64,000 nucleotides of DNA from the human T2T-CHM13v2.0 reference genome, Homo sapiens. Both the position numbers and the translations under genes were made by a program. Location of the stretch: the NCBI RefSeq assembly GCF_009914755.1, contig NC_060946.1, one strand, 5' to 3'. The notes beneath the pieces are model-generated. The model was not told where the DNA came from, searched no databases, and worked only from the letters and a program-made list of their open reading frames with translations. Of this stretch, positions 50,711 through 62,580 are shown one piece after another (position 1 is the stretch's first letter; every line of letters starts with the position of its first letter).

Positions 50711-53594
50711 TTTAGGGGCGGGGATGGGAGATGGGACTGAGCAGGTGGAGGAGGAGGACAGTCCTGGGCAAGGGGCTGAGGGCCGCTGCCCCGAGCCCTG
50801 CCCTCAGGCTGGTTGTGAGCCAGGCCATGGGGGGCCCCATCCTCAGGCCAGTTTTCTGGCTCTGGCTGATTCGAGGTAGTTGGGTATTGGCTGGCGAGCT
50901 TTCCCTCCCTTGAGCCCTTCAGGATACAGTATCGTCCATGTGGAACTTCGGAGGGCAGAATGAGGACCAGGTGGTGGCCGGAATCAGAGCCAGTCAGCTC
51001 TCCCTGCACTGGTGCTGCCTGACAAGCAGTCCAGCTTCTGTGGCCCACAGCAGGGAGCATGACTGTGCCTGCTCATGGGTCTGCCGTGCTCTCTGCTCCG
51101 GGCCGCGGTGGGCTCAGGTCTCTTCCACGCGTCTCTGTGCATTCTTGACTAGCTACTTCCCGGCATGGTCTTGCCGTGGGAAATCGCAGGACACCAAACT
51201 CAACCTCCGGAGCTCATTGAGGGCTCCTCCTGGGTCACACCCACAAACATCCCACTGGCCAAGTAAGTCCCATGGCCAGTCCTAGGATCAAGGGTGCAGG
51301 GAGCTTGTCTCCTTCCACCCTGGAGGTGCGGAATCCAGTCCCCAGGGCCCACAGAGCAGGCAGGTGAATCGTGTCATGTTTATATCTGCATTTTACTGTG
51401 ACTTTTCAGTTTGTGTTTTATAAAGTGTGCAAAGGACTTAACATTTGGAGGCATGAATACGTATTTGTGGGGGGGATACATAGTCGTTTTTGTAAACCAA
51501 TGGGATGTGAGTTCACAGGGGGTGGGAGCCTGTGGGGTGGGCACTGGCTCGGTCTTCCAGCTCCGAGCTGCTGGCTGAATCCCGGGGAGAGAAGTATCCT
51601 GGGGCTTTCTGCTGACCTGCCGAGTAATTGCCATTTTCAGATCTTGGTTTCTTGGTAAATAATGACATTTCTCCATCTCACTGAGGATGCTGGCTGTATG
51701 GAAATGAAGACAGGACTGGCCCAGCCAGGGCCCTGGAGAGGTGGCCAGAAAGACCCTGGCGGACTCCTAAATTGGTTTATTTGCCAGATAATCGGAGGCA
51801 AAGCCGATACCCTAATAGGACATGGGCTCCTCCAGGCTGTGCGTGGCCGGGCGGTGATCACTCTGAAGTGGTTGTTACTGTTTCCCAGGCAGGAAAAGCT
51901 GTTTTGATTTCCCTCTTGGCATCTGTTCTGAAACAAAGACAATTATTGTGTTGACTTTTCTTAAAGACGGAGTTACATTTAGACGGGTGCAGTTTGTCAC
52001 TGCAACTTTTCTCTTCCCACTTTCTGTATTTTTTTAAGAAGCTAGGAGCCCCTCAGGTGGAAATCGGGAAGGACGAGGAAGGTATGCTGTGCTGAGCTAC
52101 AGCCAGGTCGGTGCCACCCGACAGGGCCTGCCCACGGGAACAGAGCCTATGAGCAAATGAAGAAATATCCAGCAATGTCGCTGGAGTTCCAGGGCCTGTC
52201 AGAGAATTTCAGGAGAGGGCTTAATAGCCGCAGGAAGGCCACAGGGCTCAGCTGACCAGGCAAGGTCACCCCCAGGACGTGATACGTCGGCTGAGAACTG
52301 GGTAACAAGGAGCCAGATGGGAAACTTCGAAGTCCCAGAACCTGCCGCCACCAGTGCTGAAGGGGGCAGGGGTACAGGCAGAAGGTGGGAGGGGATGGGG
52401 CCTTGCCAGGGAGAGGAGTTTGGTTCGATTCCAGCACTGGAGAGAAAACCGGGGTCTGGCAGAGCCCATGTCCCATGGATTGGGGGGTTGGGAGTGGAAC
52501 TGGGGGCCTGGGAAGGGTTAGGAGCAGCCGGGTAAAAGCCGGCAAGCCTTGACTGCAGGAGAAGGGCTGGCCCCCTCACCCGCAGTGAACCTGCTGGCCA
52601 CCAGGACTTGTGCCTTCTTGGGTCTAGCCTTGTGTACGGGAGGGTGAGTTTGCCCAGGTTAGACCCGTGTAGGTCACAAAGGTGTGTTTGAATTCATTTC
52701 CCACCGCAGCACCGGTGCAGGTGGGAAATAGAAGGGACCCGTGGGCTGAAGCCTGCTCCCCAGGACCAGGGCGGTGGGGGGAGGTGGATCCCCTGGGTGG
52801 AAGCCTGGAAAACCTCTGGAGGGGTGGGGGAGGCAGATCCTGCCTGGACCCCCAGAGAATCCCTCTCCGAGGCCACTTGTGCCCAGAACTGACACCCGCC
52901 ATGGGAACGATGACCGATTACCCGACCTCTCTGCTCCAGTCCCTGGTCCCCTCAGGTCTAATGGGGCACATAAGCCTTTGACTTCTAGGGTGTCCTCCGC
53001 CCCGGCAAAAAGGACCCAGTCCCACCTCGAGGTAAGAAACGCTGAGCGCAGATATGCACAGGAGTTTGCCTTTTTTTTTTTTTTTGCCTCAAAAGCATCT
53101 TTTGTTTTTCATGAATCCAAGCCTCGCTTCCTTTTCTTTTTGTTCTTTCTCAAGTTACTGTACTAAAATAATCTTATAATTTGCCAATTATTTCTTCTTT
53201 ACAAAATGATGTTATTCAGAATTTAGTCACTAATGTACTGTGAAACTTGGCCTCAATTTTAGCTTCAGATGTTTAGAGGAAGATTTTTGTGGCACTCGGT
53301 GTAATGGGTTTGTTTTTGTGTTTGCCTGTCAGACCATTTTTCATTGACAGTAAAAAAAAAAAAAAAAAAAATACAAACAGCAGCCATTTATTAGAAGCCG
53401 GCCAGGTAACACAGGTCCTGGTAGCAGCTCTCTGTGTGGACATGAGGCTCCAGACCTGGGCCAAACCCTGCAGAGGGGCTCACCAAAGGAAAATGGGGAT
53501 CCTGGGCTGAGGAACCTGTTCAGGGACAGGGGGTGGGGGAGTCAGGGCTGGGAGTGAAGCCCCAGGAAGTCCGCCACTGAACGGCAGCACTTCT

Positions 53595-53872
53595 CAAGAC
53601 TTTGCGCCTCCTGGGTGTGTGCACTGGACCCAGAGACACCAGGACCCTGTCCTCCCGGGGCGTTTGTACAGGGCCTTGGAAACCCCAGAAACCTGTACCA
53701 TTTGGGGCACTTGTGCAGGGACCTGGAGACCCCAGGACCCTATACCCCCTGGGACCTTTGTGCAGGAACCCAGAGACTCCAAGGAGCCTGTCCCTGCTGG
53801 GGTGTTTGTGCAGGTACTTGGAGACCCCAGAACCCTGTACCCTTTGGAGCATCGTGCAGGGACTTGGAGACC
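53595..53872. repeat. Diverged ~47-bp tandem repeat (5-6 copies)
   Basis: Recurring ggagaccccag.accctgtacc...tgtgcaggg.c.t units. Confidence 0.75.
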
Positions 53873-54529
53873 CTCCCCATTCCCATGCTTTCTGGAGGGC
53901 CCGTAGGACCCAGACTTTTGCTGAAGGGCATTGTTTCATTCTTTGTGGAGTCTGCCTCTCTCAGGGAAGACAACTCACAGTTCAGCCTCGGCCGGCTGCT
54001 GTTTTCCTTGTCCCAGGTGTGAGGAGCCCAGGCACATTCCCCAGCCCACCTGTATGCCACACAGGGCAACAGGTGCCACCCCCCTGTGTCGGTGTTGGGA
54101 GGGTGGAGGGAGGCCAGGGTGGGAGGCCCCATGCAGACCTGCAGTGAGGACTCAGTGCACCTGGCCACAGACACACAGGACCCTCCCCTTGGCTCTGGGC
54201 TCAAGTCCTTCTTCAAGGTGGGACTGCTGGGAGGCCTTGACCTCAGGGGTGGCAAGGTCTGCAGCCCTGCCAGGCTCCGGGTCTTGAGTGCCACCACCCG
54301 TGCCCTGGGAAGGCCCCAGCAGTGCTGTCTTCCAGCTGGGGGAAGCCGGCTCTGGGCTCCCCCGGGGCATGTTGGGGGCCACAGATACCCCAGGGGATCG
54401 TGTGGGTGCTGAGTGGAAGGAGCTCCAGGACGCCGAGTGCAGGGCCTGGGAGGCCAGTGTGCAGGGCCCAGCATCAATCAGCCGCTGTGGTTCCTGTCAC
54501 CCGGGTGTTCAGATTGGAGGGGCCGGGGC

Positions 54530-55466
54530 GTGTGTGTGTGGTGTGTGTGTGCGTGTGTGTGTGTGCATGTGTGATGTGTGTGTGGTGTGTGTGATGTGTA
54601 TGTGTGTGTGTGGGTGTGGGGGGTGTGTGTGCATGTGTGATGTGTGTGTCGTGTGTATGTGTGTGTGATGTACATGATGTGTGGTGTGTGTGCTGTGTGT
54701 GTGTGCATATGTGTGTGTATGTGTGTGTGGTGTGTGTGGGGGGTGTGTGTGCATGTGTGGTGTGTGTAGTGTGTATGTGTGTGTGATGTGTGTGGTGTGT
54801 GTGTGGTGTGTGTGCATATGTGTGTGTGCGGGTGTGTGGTGTGTGTGTGTGGTGTGTGTGCGCGTGTGTGGCGTGTGTGGTGTGTATGTGTGTGGTGTGT
54901 GTGTGGTGTATGTGCGGGTGTGTGTTGTGTATGTGTGTGTGGTGTGTGTGGTGTGTGTGCGTGTGTGGCATGTGTGTGTGCATGTGTGGTGTGTGGTGTG
55001 TGTGTGATGTGTATGTGTGTGTGGTGTGTGTGCGGGTGTGTGGTGTGTATGTGTGTGTGGTGTGTGTGTGGTGTGTGTGGGTGTGTGATGTGTGTGTGTG
55101 GTGTGTGTGTGTGGTGTGTGTGTGGTGTGTGTGTGATGTTTGTGTGGTGTATGTGTGGTGTGTGTGATGTGTGTATTAGTGTGTGTGTGGTGTGTATAGT
55201 GATATGTGTACTGGTGTACTGTGGGGTGTATGATGTGTGGTGTATGTCATGTGTGGTGTACAGTGTGTGATGTGTATGGTGTGTGTGTGTGGTGTGTATG
55301 TGTGTGTGATGTGTTTGTGTAGAGTATGTATGGTGTGTGTGATGTGTGTATTTGTGTGTGTGGTGTGTATAGTGATATGTGTACTGGTGTACTGTCTGGG
55401 GTGTATAGTCTGTGGTGTGTGTCGTGTGTGGTGTGTAGTGTGTGATGTGTATGGTGTGTAGTGTGT
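54530..55466 (+). repeat. Long (GT)n / GTGTGTG low-complexity tract (~930 bp)
   Basis: Read directly; produces spurious Cys/Val and His/Thr ORFs. Confidence 0.95.
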
Positions 55467-57849
55467 GGAGAAGTGTCCATGACCACTCTACATAGTGGGA
55501 CCCCGATCTGGCAGTGTGTGACTTGCTGAGGGGCACAGAGAGGGGAGAGTGGTCTGGGGTCTGCATCCACCTGGAGCCCTCCACGTCCTCCCCTGGCATC
55601 TGCGTCTCTGAACATCTCCTGGGGAGCCGGGGGTCGTTTGTCTCCTCCAGCCCTGTTGAAAATGAGGATCTCTGACGCTTTGGCCCTTATTACCAATCAG
55701 CCAGGCCGCTCCCCTCCCCGGGGAAGAGATGGGGCCCAAGTCGTTTTTTGCAATAACATTTGTGGAACTTAAAGACAAAATCCTTCATAAAAGGATCGTA
55801 AAGTGTAATCACGGCAATGAAGCAGGCCCGAGTGGAGGGGAGGTGACCTTTCCGGCCACTCTCTGGAGGAAATGTCACCCAGGAACAGCAGGTGGTGGGG
55901 GCCTTGCCTCCAAGGAGAGCCTCCCTGCTGGTCTGGCCTTGGCGGGGTAGGGGCAACCTCCTACGGGGGGACCCTCGCTGCTGCTCATGGAACCCTCCCG
56001 CCATGACAGAGCAGGACACCTCAGGCCCGCTGCTGACCGCAGTCTGGAGAGGAGATATTATCCTTGCTGCAGTGGAGATGGCTGCACCTCACTGGAGGCC
56101 TCCCCGCTCTGGCTTGCTGTGTTCTCAACTTCCTGGGGGACTGTGTCCCTGCTCGGGCAGAGCCCACTGACTCCAGGCCTGCTCAGTGCAGAGGCTGCTC
56201 CAGGCTGAGTATCTCTGGGACCTGTGGCATTCAGTTAGGCTCTGGACAGGCCAGGTGTCTGCCCCAGCAGGCAGCTTCCCTCCAGGCGGGGCATCCGGGC
56301 TTCCAAGATAACTCTCCATTTGACCCTCATTCTCCACCTGGAGAGGCATGGGTGATCCCCTTGTGGGGCTCCAGAAGACCCCAGAAAATGATGGCTTTCA
56401 GGGCTGGAGTTGGTCTCTGATAAGCCGAGGAGCTCCCAGGGGCCTGGGGGGCTCCAGGCAGCCCACACCATGGATGTCTGTCCTTGGTCATGTGCCAGTG
56501 CCATGGGTACCTGGGTGCTCAGCCGGACAGCAGGGTGGGCTGCAGAGACCACCTGCTCCCAAGTGCTCCGTTGGCCAGAGCTGTCAGCCAGGGTGTGTCA
56601 TGGTGTCTGGGGTGTGCACCCTGGGGTGGGGTCTTCCCTTCAGGTCCCATGGTTTACATACCATCTCCATGACCCTAACTTCACAGAGCCCCACCCAGCT
56701 CTGATACCCGCCACACTGGCAGAGTGGGGTCCAGGACCTCTGCAGAGCTGTGGACCTGGGGGGCATCCTCCCCCTGCGTTGTCTGCCCCCTCTATGGGAG
56801 GAGGCTGCACAGGGCAAGCCAATGCCACTGGCTTGGGGGCAGTTCAGGCTCTGTCCCCACTCCACGGCCAGTCTTGGGTTTGCCAGGGACTCCGTCAGCC
56901 CGTCCCTCGAGGTGACATCTGACAAGGCAGCCGTTTGTTGAAATATGCAGACCTCTGCACCACATGCTAATCTGGGCTTTTTTCAAATGAGCTGCAGCAC
57001 CAGGAGGGTGCAACGGCGCTAACTGCATCAGCACATGCCAGCTTCCTCCCAGAGCTGCACAGAGCGGCACAGCTGGCTAGGTGCCTTGCATTTCCACCCC
57101 CCTTCTTAAGGCCTGATGTGCACTAAGCACTCACTCTGGACTTGCTGTGTCCCTGCGTGCCCGCAGATGAGGGTGCATGTTGGTCTCAGTCCCCACTCCG
57201 GGCCGCGGGGAGGCTGACTTGGAGAAATTGTTGAGTTCTGGCTGTTACCACGATCTAGGCGAGGCCTGCAAACAAGGTGTGGCCTGGGGTCCCATGCTGC
57301 CTCTGAGGTGAGAGAGCCCTGAGGGATCCTGAAGTAAGCCAGACTCGGGGCTGAAGTCTGCATCTGTCCCACCTCCTGCCGCAAGGCCCTACGGGTGTGA
57401 AGGAAGGATGCTGAGCGCACCTGCTTTTCAGTGGGCAGCAGCCGCCTCTCCTTTGCTGCGTGGTGGGAGCAGTCCAGCCAGCCCCCAGTGGCTCAGTCAA
57501 CAGGCGGAAGGACTCTCAGGGGAACCATGACTTTCACCATCTCCAGATGGATTCCCGGATCATGACGTTCTAAGCGAGTCTTCAGGTTTGGAGAAAGTGG
57601 ACTGTATTTGTGGGAGACACTATTCTCTCTCCCTCTTGCTCTGCCCTCCCCGCAGTCTTTCCGCCACTCACTGAAGCCTGCCATCCAGACCGTGCCATGC
57701 TGCCATTTGGCGTAAGGCCTCTGGTCTCGGAATTCCCTGGCACAGTGTTCCTGGTGGCCCCTGCCTCAGAGGGGGCTGGATCTGCCCCGGGTCACAGCAC
57801 TCATAGGACACTGTTGTGATTGCAATTATTTGGCTGCTCCCTGACCTGA

Positions 57850-57945
57850 GTGAGACACCCATGAGGGCAGCAACCCTATGTCTTGTATCTCCTAATGCCT
57901 AGTGGATAGCGCAGCACACAGTAGGTGCTTAATGAATGTTTCTGG
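57850..57945 (+). mobile_element. L2 3' end
   Basis: ccatgagggcag...tgtatctcc...gcacacagtaggtgcttaatgaatgttt matches the L2 terminus. Confidence 0.65.
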
Positions 57946-60889
57946 GTTATGCAGTGATTACTCTGAACCCAGCTGCCACTCACAATCTCTTTGGAACTAG
58001 GTTGGGTGTTATGGAGCATCCTGTGTTGGTGCTGGGAGAGGTGGAGGCTCTGGGGCTGCCGCTGTTTTCAGGACCCCTGCTATTCCTGGGCAGACAGGGC
58101 CGACACCCAGAAATCATCCAGGAGCAGTACCAGGTGGGCTCTAGGGTGTGGAGACAGCTGGGCAGGTCCCTTGGGTGCAGGAGAGAGGGAGGGGAAATTG
58201 CTGCAGTTACCTAGTGCCCCAAGGAGATTGTCGCCTGGGCACCTGAGAGACCCCAGGACACAGTCCCCACGGCCCGTTCCAGTTAGAGGCTCTTTGTCAA
58301 CAGATGCCCCTGGAGTCCGGCAGGGCAGATTAATACATGAATGAGTGGGTGAAGGTGTGAGTGCTGCCTGCTATAACTTGGCTGGGTTCTGCCACCCTGG
58401 GGAAGGGGAGTGCCAGGATCTGTGAGCCTCAAGCAGGTCCCACCCAAGGGAGCTGCTCCGGAGGCTCTGGGTGGCCAGGCCCGTCGCTGGGCGGGAGGAG
58501 AGCCAGGCACATGCTCAGTTTTGGGGCTGGCCCTCCCATCCCATCACGGGCACAACTTGGGCGGGCAGCCTGGAGGAGCAGGTGGGCTCGCTGAGTCGGG
58601 AGGAGGAGGGCTCCCCTTCAGCCCGGAAGAAGCGTGCCTCCCCATGGGGACTGCGCCTGCACGTGGCCAGCAGGCAGAGTCCACTCCTTGGTCAGCACTT
58701 CACAGCAAATGCATTCCCAGCAGCTGAGGCTCCCATGCCGGCGTGCGCTGACGGCATTGTCAGTCCTCATGTTGTGCCTGCCCGTCCCAGGGCAAGGTGG
58801 CCTGAGTCCACTGCAAAGTCCTTGATTAATTCAGCAAACACATGCTGTGCTGAGCACTGGATGGCTCTTGGAGGTCCCCGAGTGACCATCGGACACTGCC
58901 CTATCCTCTTGGAGCTTGTGGGGGAAAGAATCCCCTTTCTCAAACGGGGTGTGTGGACGCCCCTGTTTTTCTCACCTGGCTGGGCAGCCCGCGGCTGTGG
59001 GATGAGAGATACGGATGATGTGGACTGCTGAGCAAGGGATGTGCATCCAGCGAGCTTTGGGGAATCCTAAAAGGATCAAGAGTGCGTGAGGGCATGGCCT
59101 GGCGAGTCCTCCTCCTACTTCCCATCTGTGAGGGTCCGCAGGATGGGGGGCTCACCTCCATTCCTCCAGGTGCCCAGCACTCATGTTCCACACTCAAATG
59201 CCCCTCTGCAGTTCTGAAAAGGCTCACTAGGCCATCCGCTGTTTCAGGAGGGTTGATTCCCGAAGTCACCGGCTCTGGTCACTTCCAGGAGGCTCCACCC
59301 TCTCGTGCGGGGAGGACGATTGCGGATGGCCACAAGCTGTTACTACCGACTGTCTTGACTCCGTTCAGCAAGGATTGAAAATAGCCAGTTGGCCAGACTC
59401 AATCTTTGTCTTGTTTTAAAAGAGTTTGTTTTTCCAGACTCTGTCCAAGTCTGTTTTAATCCACCCAAAGAGGAGCTAAGTTTGATAAATAAAAGAAGAT
59501 TAAAAATGGTAGAGAAAAATGTGTTTCCCCCCAGCTCCCAAGAGAGTACTGCCAAAATTGAAGTGTAGAAACAAAAATAGAAATGATCAAAACGTCTGAT
59601 GGTATCTATATTTTCAAATGAAAAGGCAGAGGGAGTCTTTCAGCCCAACCACTTACGGGAAGATGCGGCGGGCCTGGGAGCTCACCTCGGCTCCCCTGCG
59701 CCTAGTGGGAGTCAGGACTGGAAGCTCCTCTTCCTCTGCTGGTGGGCCTCACGCCGTGGATCGAGGGGGTCCCTGAGTTGTTCATGGAGGGGAATGTTGC
59801 TTTGGAACAATCAGGGGAGCTCTTGGGGCTTCAGGGGCCTCTTGGGATCCAGCCTTTCCCCAGGTGTTTGCATTCCTTTGTAGAAGGGGAAGTGAGGATA
59901 CCTTTGTTTGTGATGTCACATCAGCCCCAAGCCTGGAGCCCCCATACTGGGTGAGAGATGGGGGAGACGGGCACCAGCCATGGTTGCTGGGCCAGAGCTG
60001 AAGCAGCTGGGAGACTCTTCACTGTGCAATAGTGACAGTAATGGGGAGAGCCGCTCGTGTTCAGGGGTGCTGCCTTATGTACCGGCCCTTGGTTCTCCAC
60101 TTTAGGGACATTATCTGATTTCATGGCAACCTCGTAAGCCAGTGACTCAGAGTGGGGTCCCAGTGGCATTGGCACAGCCTTGGGAGCGTGTTAGGAATGT
60201 CCATCTCTGGCCCCACTCAGACCTGCGGAGTCCGAGACTCTGGGGTGGGTCTCAGTGTCTCCGTCTCTCTCCAGAGGACTCTGAGTTTGACGACTGCCGC
60301 TGCATTTCACACGTGGAGAAGGTTGGAAATGTCACCGTTAACTATTGAGCCCAGCATCCCATGGCTAACCGGTGATAGCGCCAGAGTGGAAATAGGGCGG
60401 TCTTCACTGAGAACCTACCCTCGAGCCCTGGCCCTGTCCTCCAGCCCCAGTCCTGCCCTGTTGTGTGATGTGTTCTTCCTGCCTGCGTCTTCGGAGGTCC
60501 CAGGAGTGAGGAAGGTGACCCTGGGACCTCCCCCGAGTGAACATGGCAGCTGGTGCTGCAGGTGCACAGGCCCAGCTTCAGGCGCAGGAGGCCCGGGGGT
60601 GCCTGATGGGGATCTGGCCCCGTGGGGCTTTGTCCAGTTTCTCTGTGGCCAGCTGCACACATGTGGGTGTTGACACCCATTAGGATTGCTCTTTCTCTTA
60701 AGTGAGTGTAGCGAGGAGGATGGCTGGAAATGCCATGTGCAGCTGCAGTCCCGAAGCTGCCCGCCTCTCTGGGTCATCATCTCCCTGCCCTCCTGCTCCC
60801 TCGCCCCGCCGACTGTGGAGATGACTCGTCCTGCCATGCCTTTTAGCATGAGCTTGTGTTTCCAACCAGTATATATTTTTTGAGATTGG

Positions 60890-61225
60890 GTGCCTGTCTC
60901 TGGAACAAACCAGAAACTCGGGCCTCACAGTGCTGTTCGGGACCCTGGGTCAGCAGTGGTGGCTTTGACCGTGGGTCTGTGGGTCAGCTACAGTGGGGTC
61001 AGACTGGACCCCAGGCTCCAGGCTCTGGGGCAGGGGAGTGGACTGGGGGAGCTTTGCTGCTCTCGGCAGGCTGGGCTCCAGGTGGTGGGTTGGGTTCAGG
61101 GCTGCATTTCACAGGGGCAGGCCCAGCCTCAGAACCACATCACTGCCAGCCCCTCCAGGTCATGAAAATCCCACTGGCTAAAGCAGGCCACATGGCCAAG
61201 CGCAGCATCAGCGCAGGTGAGAGCG
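60890..61225. mobile_element. Old MLT1 (H/I-like) LTR fragment
   Basis: atcccactggctaaagcaggccacatggccaagc matches the MLT1 motif tcccattggccaaagcaagtcacatggccaagc. Confidence 0.5.
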
Positions 61226-61289
61226 TGCATGAGAGTTTTCCCAACAGTCGCCTAACAACCGAAGTCTCTTATCTCCTGGCCCCTTTAAT

Positions 61290-61340
61290 CCAGTTCCCTA
61301 TACTACCTGGCATACAGCAGGTGCTTATTAAATGCTTGGC
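61290..61340 (+). mobile_element. L2 3' end fragment
   Basis: cctggcatacagcaggtgcttattaaatgcttg. Confidence 0.5.
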
Positions 61341-62374
61341 CCACTGCTGGACTAAAGTCATTTGGTTTCACTGAACTCATTGTCTTTTTGGGAATTATAT
61401 CACAAGAAGCCTTCACACCCATGCTGGAAGAGCCTTTTGGCCAAAGAGAAGTTCTTTATAGCGATCAGATTGACCTAAAGAAGAGTTTTCCCACATAAAA
61501 TGTGAATTCATTGGCATGAAATGACACAGTTTCATCATACATTGTCTCCTGAGTAGAAATAGGAAGAGTAAACACATACCACACCTTTCTCAAAGGGAAT
61601 GAGCCTCGCTTCCAGCCAAAGGCAGGATTCATGATCCCATTTCTCTGCCTTGATTCTCTTTAGACAGTCACCAAAAAATTAATTGCCAAGTAGTCTGCAG
61701 TGTGTAGACACAGAGGGCTTCCAGCCCAGGCCTGATGTTGATACCTGCTCATCAGCGTGTTTGAATTACCTGGACCATCAATAAATGCCCGGAACAATAT
61801 GAGCTTCAGGGACATGGAATCCATTCGCCACCAGGCAGCTGGTGGTCAGCACTGAGCAGGGAGATGGGTGGCTAGTACTGGATCCGTGCTCTTCTGAACT
61901 TTGGTGCAGCAAATGATTCTGCATGCATTCCAGAAAGTGGCCCTAATTTGAATTTAAATCTTATTCATGGTATTCATGTGGTGGCATTTGGAGAAGGGGA
62001 CACCATGACAATACCAAGCAGGATGCAGGGACTCAGCAAAAGCAGGCGCAGGTGCCTCCCAAGGGACCACCTGCTCCTGTAAAACTGCAGTGGTCCTGCC
62101 TATCCTGCTTTTGGAGATGACTGCCCCTGATGGTGTGGCAGGGCCAGGGCCAGGCTTTGGGCTTCAGGACCAGGCAGTGCCGGGTTGGGCTTCATCTTCC
62201 ACACCAACTGCTGTGTGGCCTGGAGTGGTTGTCAGAGCTGTGGCAACTGTGCACATTGAGGACAAGCACGGGCCCCTGCCCAGGTCTGAGGACTAAGTTC
62301 GGAGATGGATGAACAGGCAAAGTCCCCCGCTAGCAGTGCCAGACGCCCTCGGGAATTGGACTTGTGGTCCTGGG

Positions 62375-62580
62375 TGTTCATTGCCAGCTTGCTCTGCACC
62401 AGGCGAGGTCCGAATGATTTCCTTGCAATGATGCACTCATCCCTGAGGCCACCCTGTCAGGTACTGTCACATCCCTCTCCTTCTCAAAGAGAAACCGAGT
62501 CACAGAGTGTTTCAGTAACTGAGAACATTAAGTGACTCGTATGTGGCAAAGCTGGCCTGTATCAGAAGCTGGGAACTTTG
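62375..62580. mobile_element. MIR fragment
   Basis: agagaaaccgagtcacagag...ttaagtgact resembles the MIR core (gaggaaactgaggcacagagaggttaagtgact). Confidence 0.45.

Larger units (their letters stand above)
51380..59870 (-). ncRNA. LOC284933: Antisense spliced transcript within TAFA5 intron 1 (probably lncRNA LOC284933); predicted exons ?-58976, 57420-57135, 51927-~51380
   Basis: Minus-strand splice signals are seen in the sequence: CAG|GTGAGA at 58976, AGA|GTGAGT at 57135, tgtctttgtttcag| at 51928 and a weaker gaaaagcag| at 57421. The name and outer ends come from my memory of the annotation position, not from sequence recognition. Confidence 0.45.

Noticed and set aside
54474-55599. His/Thr-rich and Cys/Val-rich ORFs up to 373 aa
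   Set aside because: Translations of the (GT)n low-complexity tract.
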